In this document: positions 26,263 through 37,472 of the stretch, piece after piece
How the letters are laid out: each line of letters opens with the position of its first letter
Numbering within the stretch: the first letter of the stretch is position 1
Assembly (NCBI RefSeq): GCF_009914755.1
Contig: NC_060926.1
Direction: 5' to 3' (one strand)
Length of the DNA stretch: 64,000 nucleotides
From: the human T2T-CHM13v2.0 reference genome, Homo sapiens
The notes under the pieces: model-generated
Seen by the model: the letters and a program-made list of their open reading frames with translations, nothing else
What the model was told of the DNA's origin: nothing
Database searches by the model: none
Made by a program: the position numbers and the translations under genes

Positions 26263-27508
26263 GTAAGGAATCCCCGGGGCACAAATGGGCTTTCCAGAAA
26301 AATGCCTGTGGCCCCAGTCCTTCTAGCTGCCCTTTGGCTGCAACTGTGAGGAGAAGGAAGGTGGAGTCCCAGTTCTGAAGGTGATGGGAAACCCCACAGA
26401 AGTTCCCAGGAGATTTCCCCCCTCATTGCCTGGGGCAGCATCCTGGGATCCTGCTGCCGGCAGCAGAGGGTGATGGCTTAACCCCACATGCTCCCACAGC
26501 CTGACCTGATGTGCTCGCTGGCTCAGCAGAGTGTGGAGAGGCAAGGTCAAGGGTCAGCCGCTATGGCTGGCTGGCAGTGCCCTCAATCAGAAATGTGGAC
26601 TTTGCTCCCAGCCCTGGCCAGCTACCCAATGTGAGGGCAAGCGGCTTGACTGGCACATTTGTTCCCATTCCTGGACACACCACCCTGACCCCGTGTGAGG
26701 TGGAAAGAGTTCTGGACTTGGGGTTCTGGCCCCATTTCTGTCCTTTACTAACTGAGAGGCTGTGGAGCAGTCCTTTAGACTCAACCTTTGAGCTATAAAA
26801 TGAGATTGTGTCACTCATCCTATCTCCCAGGACTGCCTCGATGAGCGAATCAGATTCCTGTGTGCATGCAAACTTTGTAAGGGCAAAGTGCTGTACAGCT
26901 GTGTAGCATTAAAATCATTTTCTCTAATAATCATTAATATTTATCAAGCACTTAGTATGCAACTGGCACAGTTCTAAATGCTTTTCACATATGAACTCAT
27001 TTATCCACCTGTGGAGAGGACACTTTCCATTTTATAATGAGGGAACAAAGGCACAGAGAAAGGAGTCATGCCCTGGTTACAGAGCTGGGCCAGAAGCGCG
27101 ACCCAGGTAGTCTGGCTGCAGAGCTGGTGAGGCTAGGGGAATTACTGTTCCTGATAGTTCCGGCAATGGCATTGGTTCTGATGGGCACCAAGGATGGTCT
27201 AGCTGAGAGCACGGAAGCATCTTAGTGGTTAGGAAGCTTCCTGACTTCTGCCACTAACAGAAGGGTGGAGAGAACAGCGGGCTGGCAGGCAAGGAGGGAT
27301 GGGCTTCTTTGCCACTCATGGGATAAAGCCTACCATGCTCCCCATTCCCATCGCCCTCCAATTAGTGATGCACTGAGTCGTGCGGCCAGCCGCCCTCTGC
27401 AGCCCAGAGCCTACCACAGTGCTCGATACAAAATAAACACGTGACCAACATTTGCTGAGGGTGTTCCTATCCATCTTTGCTCTGTCAGGAACCAACTCTT
27501 TGGCTTTA

Positions 27509-27888
<380 letters not shown>

Positions 27889-28338
27889 TTAGCTACTCAC
27901 CAGAGATAAACTGCTCACGAAAGCACCATATGTAAAACCTTCCTAAACAATGTCACGTGTCCGGGCTGTACACCTCTTAGGGAGAGGAATTCCTTGCTTG
28001 TTCCATGCAAACAAGAACTGCTGTTGGGGTGGACTGAGGTTACTGCTCTGGCCTCCCCTGGTGCCTGTGCAGGGAGAGTAGTCTGAAACTGCTGGCTCTA
28101 GGAGGCTGAGTCGAGGGAGGGCATGTGCTCCGGACTTAGGCATATTTTGAATCCTGACTCTGACACTTAACAGGCTTTGGACAGGTCATTTAGACCTCTT
28201 GGAACATTCATTTCCTCTTCCAAAAATTGGTGTTTTACAGTAGTCAGCCATCTATTAAATACTTTGGCAGCTGGCAGGGGGTTGACACATAAAACAGCCT
28301 CAGGGCTGGTGATGCACTCCTAGTCATTCCCATGCTCG

Positions 28339-29095
28339 CTCTCCTCTCTCCTCTCTCTCCTCTCTCTCCTCTCTCTCCTCTCTCTCTCCTCTCTCCTCTC
28401 TCTCTCCTCTCTCTCTCCTCTCTCCTCTCTCTCCTCTCTCTCTCCTCTCTCCTCTCTCTCTCCTCTCTCTCTCCTCTCTCTCTCCTCTCTCTCTCCTCTC
28501 TCCTCTCTCTCCTCTCTCTCTCCTCTCTCTCTCCTCTCTCTCTCCTCTCTCTCTCCTCTCTCTCCTCTCTCTCTCCTCTCTCTCCTCTCTCTTCTCTCTC
28601 TCCTCTCTCTCTCCTCTCTCTCTCCTCTCTCTCCTCTCTCTCTCCTCTCTCTCTCCTCTCTCTCCTCTCTCTCCTCTCTCTCTCCTCTCTCTCCTCTCTC
28701 TCCTCTCTCTCTCTCTCTCTCCTCTCTCTCCTCTCTCTCCTCTCTCTCTCCTCTCTCTCTCCTCTCTCTCTCCTCTCTCTCCTCTCTCTCCTCTCTCTCC
28801 TCTCTCTCTCCTCTCTCTCTCCTCTCTCTCTCTCTCTCTCCTCTCTCTCTCCTCTCTCTCTCCTCTCTCTCTCTCTCTCCTCTCTCTCTCCTCTCTCTCT
28901 CCTCTCTCTCTCCTCTCTCTCCTCTCTCTCCTCTCTCTCTCCTCTCTCCTCTCTCTCTCCTCTCTCTCCTCTCTCTCTCCTCTCTCTCTCCTCTCTCCTC
29001 TCCTCCTCTCTCTCTCCTCTCTCTCCTCTCTCTCTCCTCTCTCTCTCCTCTCTCCTCCTCTCTCTCCTCTCTCTCCTCTCTCTCCTCTCTCTCCT

Positions 29096-29131
<36 letters not shown>

Positions 29132-29596
29132 CTCTCTCCTCTCTCTCTCTCTCTCTCCTCTCTCTCCCCTCTCTCTCCTCTCTCTCTCCTCTCTCTCCTC
29201 TCTCTCTCCTCTCTCTCTCCTCTCTCCTCTCTCTCCTCTCTCTCTCCTCTCTCCTCTCTCTCCTCTCTCTCTCCTCTCTCTCTCCTCTCTCTCCCTCTCT
29301 CTCCCCTCTCTCTCCTCTCTCTCCTCTCTCTCCTCTCCTCTCTCTCCTCTCTCTCTCCTCTCTCTCTCTCTCTCTCCTCTCTCTCCCCTCTCTCTCCCTC
29401 TCTCTCCTCTCTCTCCTCTCTCTCTCCTCTCTCTCTCCTCTCTCTCTCCTCTCTCTCCTCTCTCTCTCCTCTCTCCTCTCTCTCTCCTCTCTCTCCCCTC
29501 TCTCTCCCCTCTCTCTCTCTCCTCTCTCTCTCCTCTCTCTCTCCTCTCTCTCCCCTCTCTCTCCCCTCTCTCTCCCCTCTCTCTCCTCTCTCTCTT
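28339..29596 (+). repeat. 1258-nt pure pyrimidine C(CT)n compound microsatellite, followed by (TG)10 at 29599-29619
   Basis: Only C and T on the + strand across the interval; frames translate to L/S/P or E/R/G only. Confidence 0.97.
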
Positions 29597-29619
29597 GCTG
29601 TGTGTGTGTGTGTGTGTGT

Positions 29620-30680
29620 CTGTAACAGGTTTATTGCTAAATGATTCACATACCATTCACACATTTTAAGTGTATGATTCAGTGGTTTTTAGTATAATAT
29701 ATTCACAGACTTGTGCAACTATCACCATAACCAATTTTGGAATGTTTACATCACTCTAAAAAGAAACCCTGTACCCATTAGCAGTCACTCTTCACTTTTC
29801 TTTAGACCACCTCCTTCGCCAGCCCTTGGTAACCACGAATCTATTTTGTCTCTATATATAGATTTTCTTATTCTAGACATTTTCTATAAAAGGAATCATA
29901 CAGGATGTGGTCTTTTGTGCCTGACTTCTTTCCCGTAGCGTGATGTTTTCAAGGTTCATCCATGTTGTATCATATATCAGTACTTTTTCGATTGTATGGA
30001 TATACCATACAGTGGTATATTTTGTTTATCAGTTTATCAGCTGATAGACATTTGGATTGTTTAACACAGCTATTATGAATAATGCTGCAGTGAACATTTG
30101 TGTACAAGTTTTCATGTGAACATATATTTTTACTTCTTTTGGGTACATAACTAGGAGTGGCATTTCTGGGTTATATGATAACTCTGTTTAATATTTTAAG
30201 GAACTGACAGACTTCAGTTTTCCAAAGTGGCTGCACCATTTTGTCACCACCAGCAATGTGGGAATTTTCCAATTTCTCCACATCCTCACCAACACTTTTT
30301 ATTATCTGTCTTTTTGATTCCAGCCATCCTAGAGGGTTTGAAGTAATATCTCATGGTTTTTGTTTATATTTCCTTCATGACTAATGATGTTGAACATCTT
30401 TTCATGTGCTCATTGGCCATCTGTACGTCTTCTTCGAAGGAATGCCTGTTCTTTTGCCCATTTTTAATTGGGTTATTTGTATTTTTATTATTGAGTTGCA
30501 ACAGTTCTTTATATATTCTGGATACAAATCCCTTATCAGATATATGAATTGCATTTTTCCCCATTCTGCGAGTTGCCTTTTCATTTTCTTGATAGTGTCC
30601 TTTTTAAAGCACAAAAGCTTCAAAAAGCACAAAAGTTTCTTAATTTTGATGAAGCCCAATTTACTTTTTTCTTTTTGCTT
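29620..30680 (-). mobile_element. Old LINE-1 (L1MB-like) 3' portion, antisense in intron 5
   Basis: L1 3'-end pattern with minus-strand AATAAA at ~29630; ORF2-like remnant ([13 protein letters not shown]...HMKRCSTSL). Confidence 0.85.
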
Positions 30681-30723
30681 TTATTTCTAAAAAGCCATTG
30701 TTCTCCTCCTCTCTTGTCTTAAG

Positions 30724-30872
30724 CTGGGTACATTGCTCAAAAGATAGGCCTGCCCATCCGTCTGGTCGTGGCAGTGAACCGCAATGACATCATCCACAGG
30801 ACTGTCCAGCAGGGAGACTTCTCTCTCTCTGAGGCTGTTAAATCAACCTTGGCATCAGCTATGGACATTCAG
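30724..30872 (+). CDS. THNSL2: THNSL2 exon 6
   Basis: cttaag| acceptor; [12 protein letters not shown]...NRNDI...AMDIQ; donor CAG|gtaggc; 149 nt. Confidence 0.95.
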
Positions 30873-30972
30873 GTAGGCCTGGGGGAGGTGTGCAGATCTG
30901 GCCCAGGTGTTGGTTGGGTGGGGCTCGATGGGGCTGAGATCAGTCTGGACCTGAAACTGACTTTCTGCTCAG

Positions 30973-31098
30973 GTGCCCTACAACATGGAGAGGGTGTTCT
31001 GGCTGCTCTCTGGCTCTGACAGCCAGGTGACAAGAGCCCTCATGGAGCAGTTTGAAAGGACCCAAAGTGTGAATCTGCCCAAGGAACTGCACAGCAAG
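30973..31098 (+). CDS. THNSL2: THNSL2 exon 7
   Basis: ctcag| acceptor; [10 protein letters not shown]...ELHSK; donor AAG|gtcagt; 126 nt, phase 0. Confidence 0.95.
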
Positions 31099-32506
31099 GT
31101 CAGTCACTACCCACACACCACAGAGAAAGGAAAGGGTACAGCCACATAGCAGACTTGGGGTTTGGAAGTCTGGTCAAGGGAAGAGGACACCTGTTTCTTG
31201 AGTACCTGCTATGAGCCCACCACTTTTACGGCCACTTTACATGGAATAATTTATTGAATGAGGAGAGGTAATAGAGAACATGGTTTAGAGTCAAATGAGC
31301 TCAATCCCAAGTGAGCTCTGAGACATTGGGCTAGTTTCCTAAACTCTGTGCCTTGGTTCCTTCGTTTATAAAATGGGGATAATAAGAATGCCTACCTCAT
31401 AGAGTTGTTGTGAGATTTAAGTCAAATAATATATGTGAAGCACTTTGCATACTTCCTGGTAATATATGGCTTGATACATTAACTTTCTTTTACTTATTAT
31501 TATTGTTAATTTCCAATAATACTGTCAACTGGAAGCCATTTTGCCCATCCAGTATGAACCGAGACCATTGTTTCCGTTGAGCTCTTCCTTTCTTCCTTTT
31601 CCTTCCTCTCTCTTTCCTCCCTCGCTCTCCTTCTTCCCTCTCTCCTTCCTCCTTTCCATCTTTCTTTTTTCTTTCCCTCCCTCCTTCCCTTTCTCTCTCT
31701 TATTTTTCTTGGAAAAGGAGAAATTTTATTCCCTTGGAATGATAGGAATCTAATTGGGAAGGATTGTTTTTATTTTAATGCAACCTGGTGATGGTACTTA
31801 TTCTGTGTTTAAAAAAAAAAAAAGGATTTCTGAAGCTGCCTTTAATTTTCTCTACCACATTCCCACTGAGTGGCCATCCAGACTGTGCATACCTCCAGTG
31901 ACCAGACTCTCAGTACCTCATACCAGCTCTCACCATTACAAAAGTCTTTACATTGAGCTAGAATCTTCTCCTTCTAGCTTACACAGTCTGATTCTACATC
32001 CGAGTGTTTCCAGTATTTAGAGAATCCTCATTTACCAAGTTAGTCTTCCCACTTCCTTTAGTGGTCCCTTGCATGACATAATTTTGCAAGGTCAATATCC
32101 ACCTTAAAGTGTTGTTTTCAAAGTTGGATGCAGTTCTCTAGGCTGAGCCATACCAATGCAGACTGGAGTGGAATTCCGGCCTTCTGGAATCTGTGCTTCT
32201 TTTGATGCACCCAAAGATCAATTTATTTGGTTAATGGTGTGTTTTGACATTCACATTCTTTCTCCTCATATAAATGAGGTGCTCCATGAAGACAGACACC
32301 ATACCTCCCACTCCTTCATTCTCTCTCTGGCTATACACATAGGAGACACTTCACTTGCTGGAATGGCATTCATGCATTCATGTTATATATCTACTGTGAG
32401 CGAGGAACTGTGCTAGGTGCTAGAAACACAAAGACAAGTAAAATACATTCATTGTCTGCTGGGAACCCTAATTCACAGCAGGTAGCTATATGAAAATCTA
32501 TGATAC

Positions 32507-32815
32507 CAGCCGGGTGAGATGGCTCACGCCTCTAATCCCAGAACTTTGGGAGGCTGAGGCAGGCGGATCATTTGAGGTCAGGAGTTTGAGACCAGCCTGG
32601 CCAACATGGTGAAACCCCGTCTCTACTAAAAAAAAAAAAAAATTAGCTGGGCATGGTGGCACATGCCTGTAAATCCTAGCTACTTGGGAGGCTGAGGCAG
32701 GAGAATTGCTTGAACCTGGGAGGTGGAGGTTCCAGTGAGCCAAGATCGTGTCACGGTTCTCCAGCCTGAGTGACAGAGAGAGACTCTGTCTCAAAAAAAA
32801 GAAAAGAAAAAAAAA
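32507..32815 (+). mobile_element. AluS (intron 7)
   Basis: Full dimer; TSD aaaatctatgatac/aaaatctgtgatac. Confidence 0.9.
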
Positions 32816-33352
32816 TCTGTGATACTCTATGATCCCTACTGCAGTCAAGTATATGCAGGGTGTTTGGTGTATTGTAAGCATGCAATACATTTTCAGAAGA
32901 TGATCAAATAAACCAAACACACCGAGGGAGCACAGACAAGGGAATCTTCCTCTGTCTGAAGGAAGTAGGGAGGGCTTCCTGGGGGAGGTGCTCTGTGAGC
33001 TGAATAGGAACTGACAGGAAGGAGGTGTGCCAACAACCAAGCACCAGACGTGTGGCTGCCCCGAGCCTTCTGGCTGTGGCAAGTTGTTGAACAAATCTAT
33101 ATTTGCTGATTAGGAGCCAAATCCCAACTAATGGATTGACATAAAACTCAAACGTATCTTTCCTCCAAGTTGAGTGAGTCAGCTCAAAACTAGGAGGCCA
33201 GATTTTTACTGTGAGCCACATCTGAGCCATTCGGTCTGAATGTCCCACTGGATCCCTGGGGTTTGTGTGGATCTGTGGTGGAGAGTGGGGTTTTGTCATC
33301 TTTCCCTACATCCCCCCCCCACACCTCATCTTTCTGACCTGGGACCCTTCAG

Positions 33353-33504
33353 CTTTCAGAGGCAGTGACATCCGTGTCAGTGTCGGATGAAGCCATCACC
33401 CAGACCATGGGCCGCTGCTGGGATGAGAACCAGTACTTGCTGTGCCCCCACTCAGCGGTGGCCGTGAACTACCATTACCAGCAGATAGACAGGCAGCAGC
33501 CCAG
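33353..33504 (+). CDS. THNSL2: THNSL2 exon 8
   Basis: ttcag| acceptor; [10 protein letters not shown] motif; donor CAG|gtacag; 152 nt. Confidence 0.95.
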
Positions 33505-33575
33505 GTACAGGCAATGGGGGCCTGGGCCACTGAGGGACCATTTGAATTTCAGGGGCCCTCTTCTTCTCCAAGCAG

Positions 33576-33716
33576 TGGGAGAGACAGGACTACGAAAAAA
33601 TGGCTGTAATGGAGTGTGATGGGTGCTGTGTGGAACTGTGCCTTGGAAACTGTGGGCCCAGAAGAGGGAGCGTGACAGATATCCCAGGGACAGCCATGGT
33701 CAGAGGTGGTGGCTGA
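33576..33716 (+). CDS. THNSL2: THNSL2 alternative exon in intron 8 (SOFAT-type C-terminus, 46 aa, when joined to exon 7)
   Basis: Acceptor ctcttcttctccaagcag|; open frame [46 protein letters not shown]; Met159-Lys359 plus 46 aa = 247 aa, matching the recalled SOFAT length. Confidence 0.7.
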   Translation, partial: WERQDYEKMAVMECDGCCVELCLGNCGPRRGSVTDIPGTAMVRGGG

Positions 33717-33922
33717 GCTGGCCTCCAACCAGGAGGAGCAGTTTGCCAGGTAGCGTCATTGTAGCAATAAGTTCAAGGTGCCAATTGTCTGTCTGTGTCT
33801 CTGTCCTCCATACCCCCCCATCCCTAAACTTCCTCTGTTTCTTATTCCTCCTCCACCTTCTCCTTTCCCATCTCTCTATTCTCTCATTGTCCTCCGGCTG
33901 CCACCTGCCCCCATCCCCACAG

Positions 33923-34148
33923 CACTCCCCGGTGCTGCCTCGCCCCTGCCTCTGCAGCCAAGTTCCCGGAAGCTGTCCTGGCTGCTGGCCTGACCCCTGA
34001 GACTCCCGCGGAGATCGTAGCCCTGGAGCACAAGGAGACACGCTGCACCCTGATGCGGAGAGGTGACAACTGGATGCTGATGCTTCGGGACACCATTGAG
34101 GACCTTAGCCGACAGTGGAGGAGTCATGCCCTCAACACCTCCCAGTAG
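33923..34148 (+). CDS. THNSL2: THNSL2 exon 9 coding part to TAG stop
   Basis: cacag| acceptor; LAPASAAKFPEAV motif; the joined CDS totals 1455 nt = 484 aa + stop. Confidence 0.95.
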
Positions 34149-34630
34149 CCTGGCTGGAGGTGGCTTTCTTTAGGCTTCAGATCCCAGGAAGATGCACCTT
34201 CTGAGCTGCCTTGTGCACCCTCCCCATTAAGCGTAGGTTAGGAGGTTTCCGGGAGGCTGCTCAGCTGGATCTGGAGCCAGCTGGCTTTGCTCCGTTCCCT
34301 GGCTAGTCTGTGCCTGGTCACCAGGGAGGCTGAGTGAGGGGCTGTGAACAGTTGCCGGAAGCACCCCCTCCCTCCCCGGCCCGTGCAGCAGTGTCTGAGC
34401 TGTAGTGAAAGTTTCAGGGCCTGCAAAAGAAGAGGCTTGGGCACAGGACTGACCATGGCTCCAGGGGTTTAGGACCCCCAGACCTGTGAAGGTGGGAGCA
34501 GCTCACCACCTTCACGCAGGCTTTGTATGTTCTCTGAGCCTTAGTTGATTTTGGCCCCCAAACCAAATCCAAAGGTTCTGGCCCACCTTGTCAGAGGCTT
34601 CCACCCTGCTCACATGTTGGGAATCCCTGG

Positions 34631-34636
34631 AATAAA
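34631..34636 (+). terminator. THNSL2 polyadenylation signal AATAAA
   Basis: First canonical hexamer after the stop (~480-nt 3' UTR), followed by TG-rich sequence. Confidence 0.8.
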
Positions 34637-35388
34637 ATGCTTGTTCAGTGTGATGGAGCGGCACGTCTCTGGGCAGGTCCCTTCCTAGAAAAGCTGCAGG
34701 ACTGTGGGCAGCCCTGGGGGCCGCTGAGTGGTGGGCTGAGGTGTGTGCGGCATCCCCCTGCTGCCCTGCATTGGCCCAGGCTTGAGGGGCCAGCAGAGCA
34801 GGCATGGGCCAGTGGCCCTGGTGGTGCTGGCATCCATAGAGGTTGAGGTGGGGCTCACCAGATGGAGACCCTGTGGGAAAGCATTGGCATCAATGTGCAA
34901 ACCGAGTCAAGGCGCCCTGTTGCTCATACATCACTTGGGATTGAGCCCATTTGACTCAGGTTCCAATCCATTTCATCAGATTCTAGTCCTGTGTGGGTTG
35001 AGGAGAGTTTTAGACAAACACATGAACGGCAACAGAAGCCCCATGCCTTGGACGCTGGGAGCCCCTAGGAGGGGAGGGGAGGCAGGCATTGGATGGAGGG
35101 ATTTTTTGCCACTAGAGGACGTTGTTGCCGCCACCCTGGAGGCTGCTGTGAAATGACCTAATGGGCATTTGTCCTCCAGAGCCTCCTTCTCCTGCCTGCC
35201 TGAGGTCTGAAGGCGCTGCTCAGCCAGGTGCGATCTCTGCCTGGCATTCCCCATCAGAACATCCCAGCCCTGCATCTCCGTGGGACTAAAGGGAAAGGCC
35301 TCTGGCGCCCTCTGCTGAAACACTGGACATTGAGGCACTGCAGTCAGTACCCAGAGGGGGAGGACAGGGATGCTGGACTCCAGGAGGA

Positions 35389-35471
35389 CAGAAGGAGTGT
35401 TGTTAAAGGAGTGACAGTGACTCCTTACCAGAAGGAGTGTTCTTAAAGGAGTGACAGTGACTCCTTACCAG
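35389..35471 (+). repeat. 40-bp tandem duplication, each unit with a 7-bp hairpin
   Basis: cagaaggagtgtt(g/c)ttaaaggagtgacagtgactccttac x2. Confidence 0.9.
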
Positions 35472-36514
35472 CCATGACACTTGGCAGTTCCTGAGACACT
35501 TTAACATCCACAGCAGCAGACACTGATGCAGCCCCTGGGGCCACTTACCCATTAGATATGATAGGCCCAATGCTTAGGGGCCACCATTCATTAGAGGCCC
35601 ATGAAAATGTCTTCGTTTCTCTTAAAACCAAAAGAAAACAGTATAATACAGCTGGGATTTTATTCATCTTTCTTCTAACACAGTTGTACAATAGAATTTT
35701 AAGTATTTTTTTTACAGAGGAAGACACCCATAAAAGCAAAAATGCCTAATACCCACAAAAGTTACTATGCAGCCCTGATAGCACCTACTGTGTGCCAGGT
35801 GACATTTTACAAAAATTAGCTCATTTAATCCTGACAGCAATGTGTGAAGCTAGTGCTACTGTTTCCCCCACAATGTTGCGGGTGAGAACACTGAGACTCC
35901 GAGAGACGAGATAACTTACCAGGGTGGCAACACGGAACAGAGAGGCTGGAACTTGAACCCAGACCTTGTGGCCTCCAGTTTGGTGTGTAGTTCTCCTCAC
36001 ACTGCCTCCTGTGTCAGCGGGCACGTTCTTATGGGGCTTTCTCTGCTGCCTGCCTCCCTCCATCCTTCCCCAGGCCCTGGCTCTGCTCCTGGGTCCTCCC
36101 GCCATCTTCCTTTCTTGGATGGATCTGGGAGCATGGCTGTGCTTCTCCAAGAGTCCTCCAGGGGCTGCTGCAGCCCTGTTTTCCGGGCCTCTTTAACTGG
36201 CACTGGGCGCTGCTGTGGGCAGGCCCGTGCAGGTGGCTCCTTCTCTTTTGCTGCCATATTCTGAGGACCTCAGGGCAGGGCCAAGGTCACAGGGAAACCC
36301 CATCCCCTGAATGGTTCTGAGACCTATCCAGCTCTGAGAGGCCACCATGCCTGTGAGGGAGGCCAGAATAAGGCCACACCAGGCACAATGCACATCGACA
36401 GGAAACCTGAACTGAGGCTACACTGGCCACAGGGAGTCTTGGGGAAATGAGAAAAAGGATGAGAACGAGATGAAGTCTGGAGAAGTGCCCACCCCTGTAA
36501 CACACACACACACC

Positions 36515-36873
36515 ACGCGAGCTGAATAGTGTCAATTCCATTATATGTTGAATCCACAGTATCTCTGAATGTAACTGTATTTGGAGATAGGGTCTTTAAA
36601 AAGGTAATTAAAATGAAGTCTTTATGCTGGGCCCTAAACCAGTAGGACTGGTGTCCCTTATTTTATAAGAGGAAATTAAGACATAGACATGTGGCACAGA
36701 GGGAAGACTGCGTGAAGTCAGAGGAAGAAGGCTGCTATCTGCAGGCCAAGGAGAGGGGCCCCAGAATTAAAGCAACGCTGAGGGCACCTCGATCTGAGAC
36801 CTCCATCCTCTAGAACTGGGAGGAAATAAATTTCTATTATTTAAATCTCACCCAGTCCTGAGCAGACTAATAC
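36515..36873 (+). mobile_element. MLT1-family (MaLR) solo LTR
   Basis: gaatgtaactgtatttggagatagggtcttt...aataaatttct...agactaataca. Confidence 0.75.
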
Positions 36874-37061
36874 ACACACACACCCACACACACACACACA
36901 CACACACGCCCACCACTTAATGGAAAAAGCCAGGATCTTAGTACCAGATGAAGTGAGAATCAGGGTGGAGTCTTTTCTGAGTCACCCACTTACTGGTAGT
37001 GATCACAACTAAGCCATTTAATCTCTGTGAGCCGTGGTTTCCTCATCTGCATCGAACAATA

Positions 37062-37472
37062 CAGATGATCCCTGACTTAAGACTTTGCAACTTTAGGATG
37101 GTGATGGTGCGAAAGCAATATGCATCCGGTAGACCTGAGTTCGTATGCATTCAGTAGACTTCAGATTTTGATTTTTCCCCAGGCTAACGATATGCAGTAT
37201 GATAGTCTCTTGTAACGCAGGGCAGCAGCAGTGAGCCCAGCTCCCGGTCAGCCCTGTGATCACGAGGATAAATAGCCCATATTCCACAGTGTGCTGTATT
37301 GACAGATGACTTTGCCCAACTGTAGGCTAATGTCAGTGTTCTGAGCACATTTAGGCTAGGCCAAATGATGATGTTTCTGTAGGTTGAGGGTATTACCCAT
37401 TTTCAACTTAGGATATTTTCAACTTACGAAGGGTTTATTGGGATGTAACTATTGTAAGTTGAGGAACATCTG
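37062..37472. mobile_element. Tigger3/MER82-like Tc-Mar MITE inserted in a MIR
   Basis: TIRs cagatgatccctgactta / taagttgaggaacatctg flanked by TA on both sides. Confidence 0.75.

Noticed and set aside
28244-29669. 445-470 aa ORFs (poly-ER/G and poly-LS/P)
   Set aside because: Artefacts of a stop-free CT/GA microsatellite; no coding complexity or gene structure
32498-33094. 198-aa minus-strand ORF and similar ORFs over Alus
   Set aside because: Typical antisense Alu-derived reading frames
35389-35471. CRISPR-like hairpin repeats
   Set aside because: Only two adjacent units, no spacers, no cas genes, eukaryotic context
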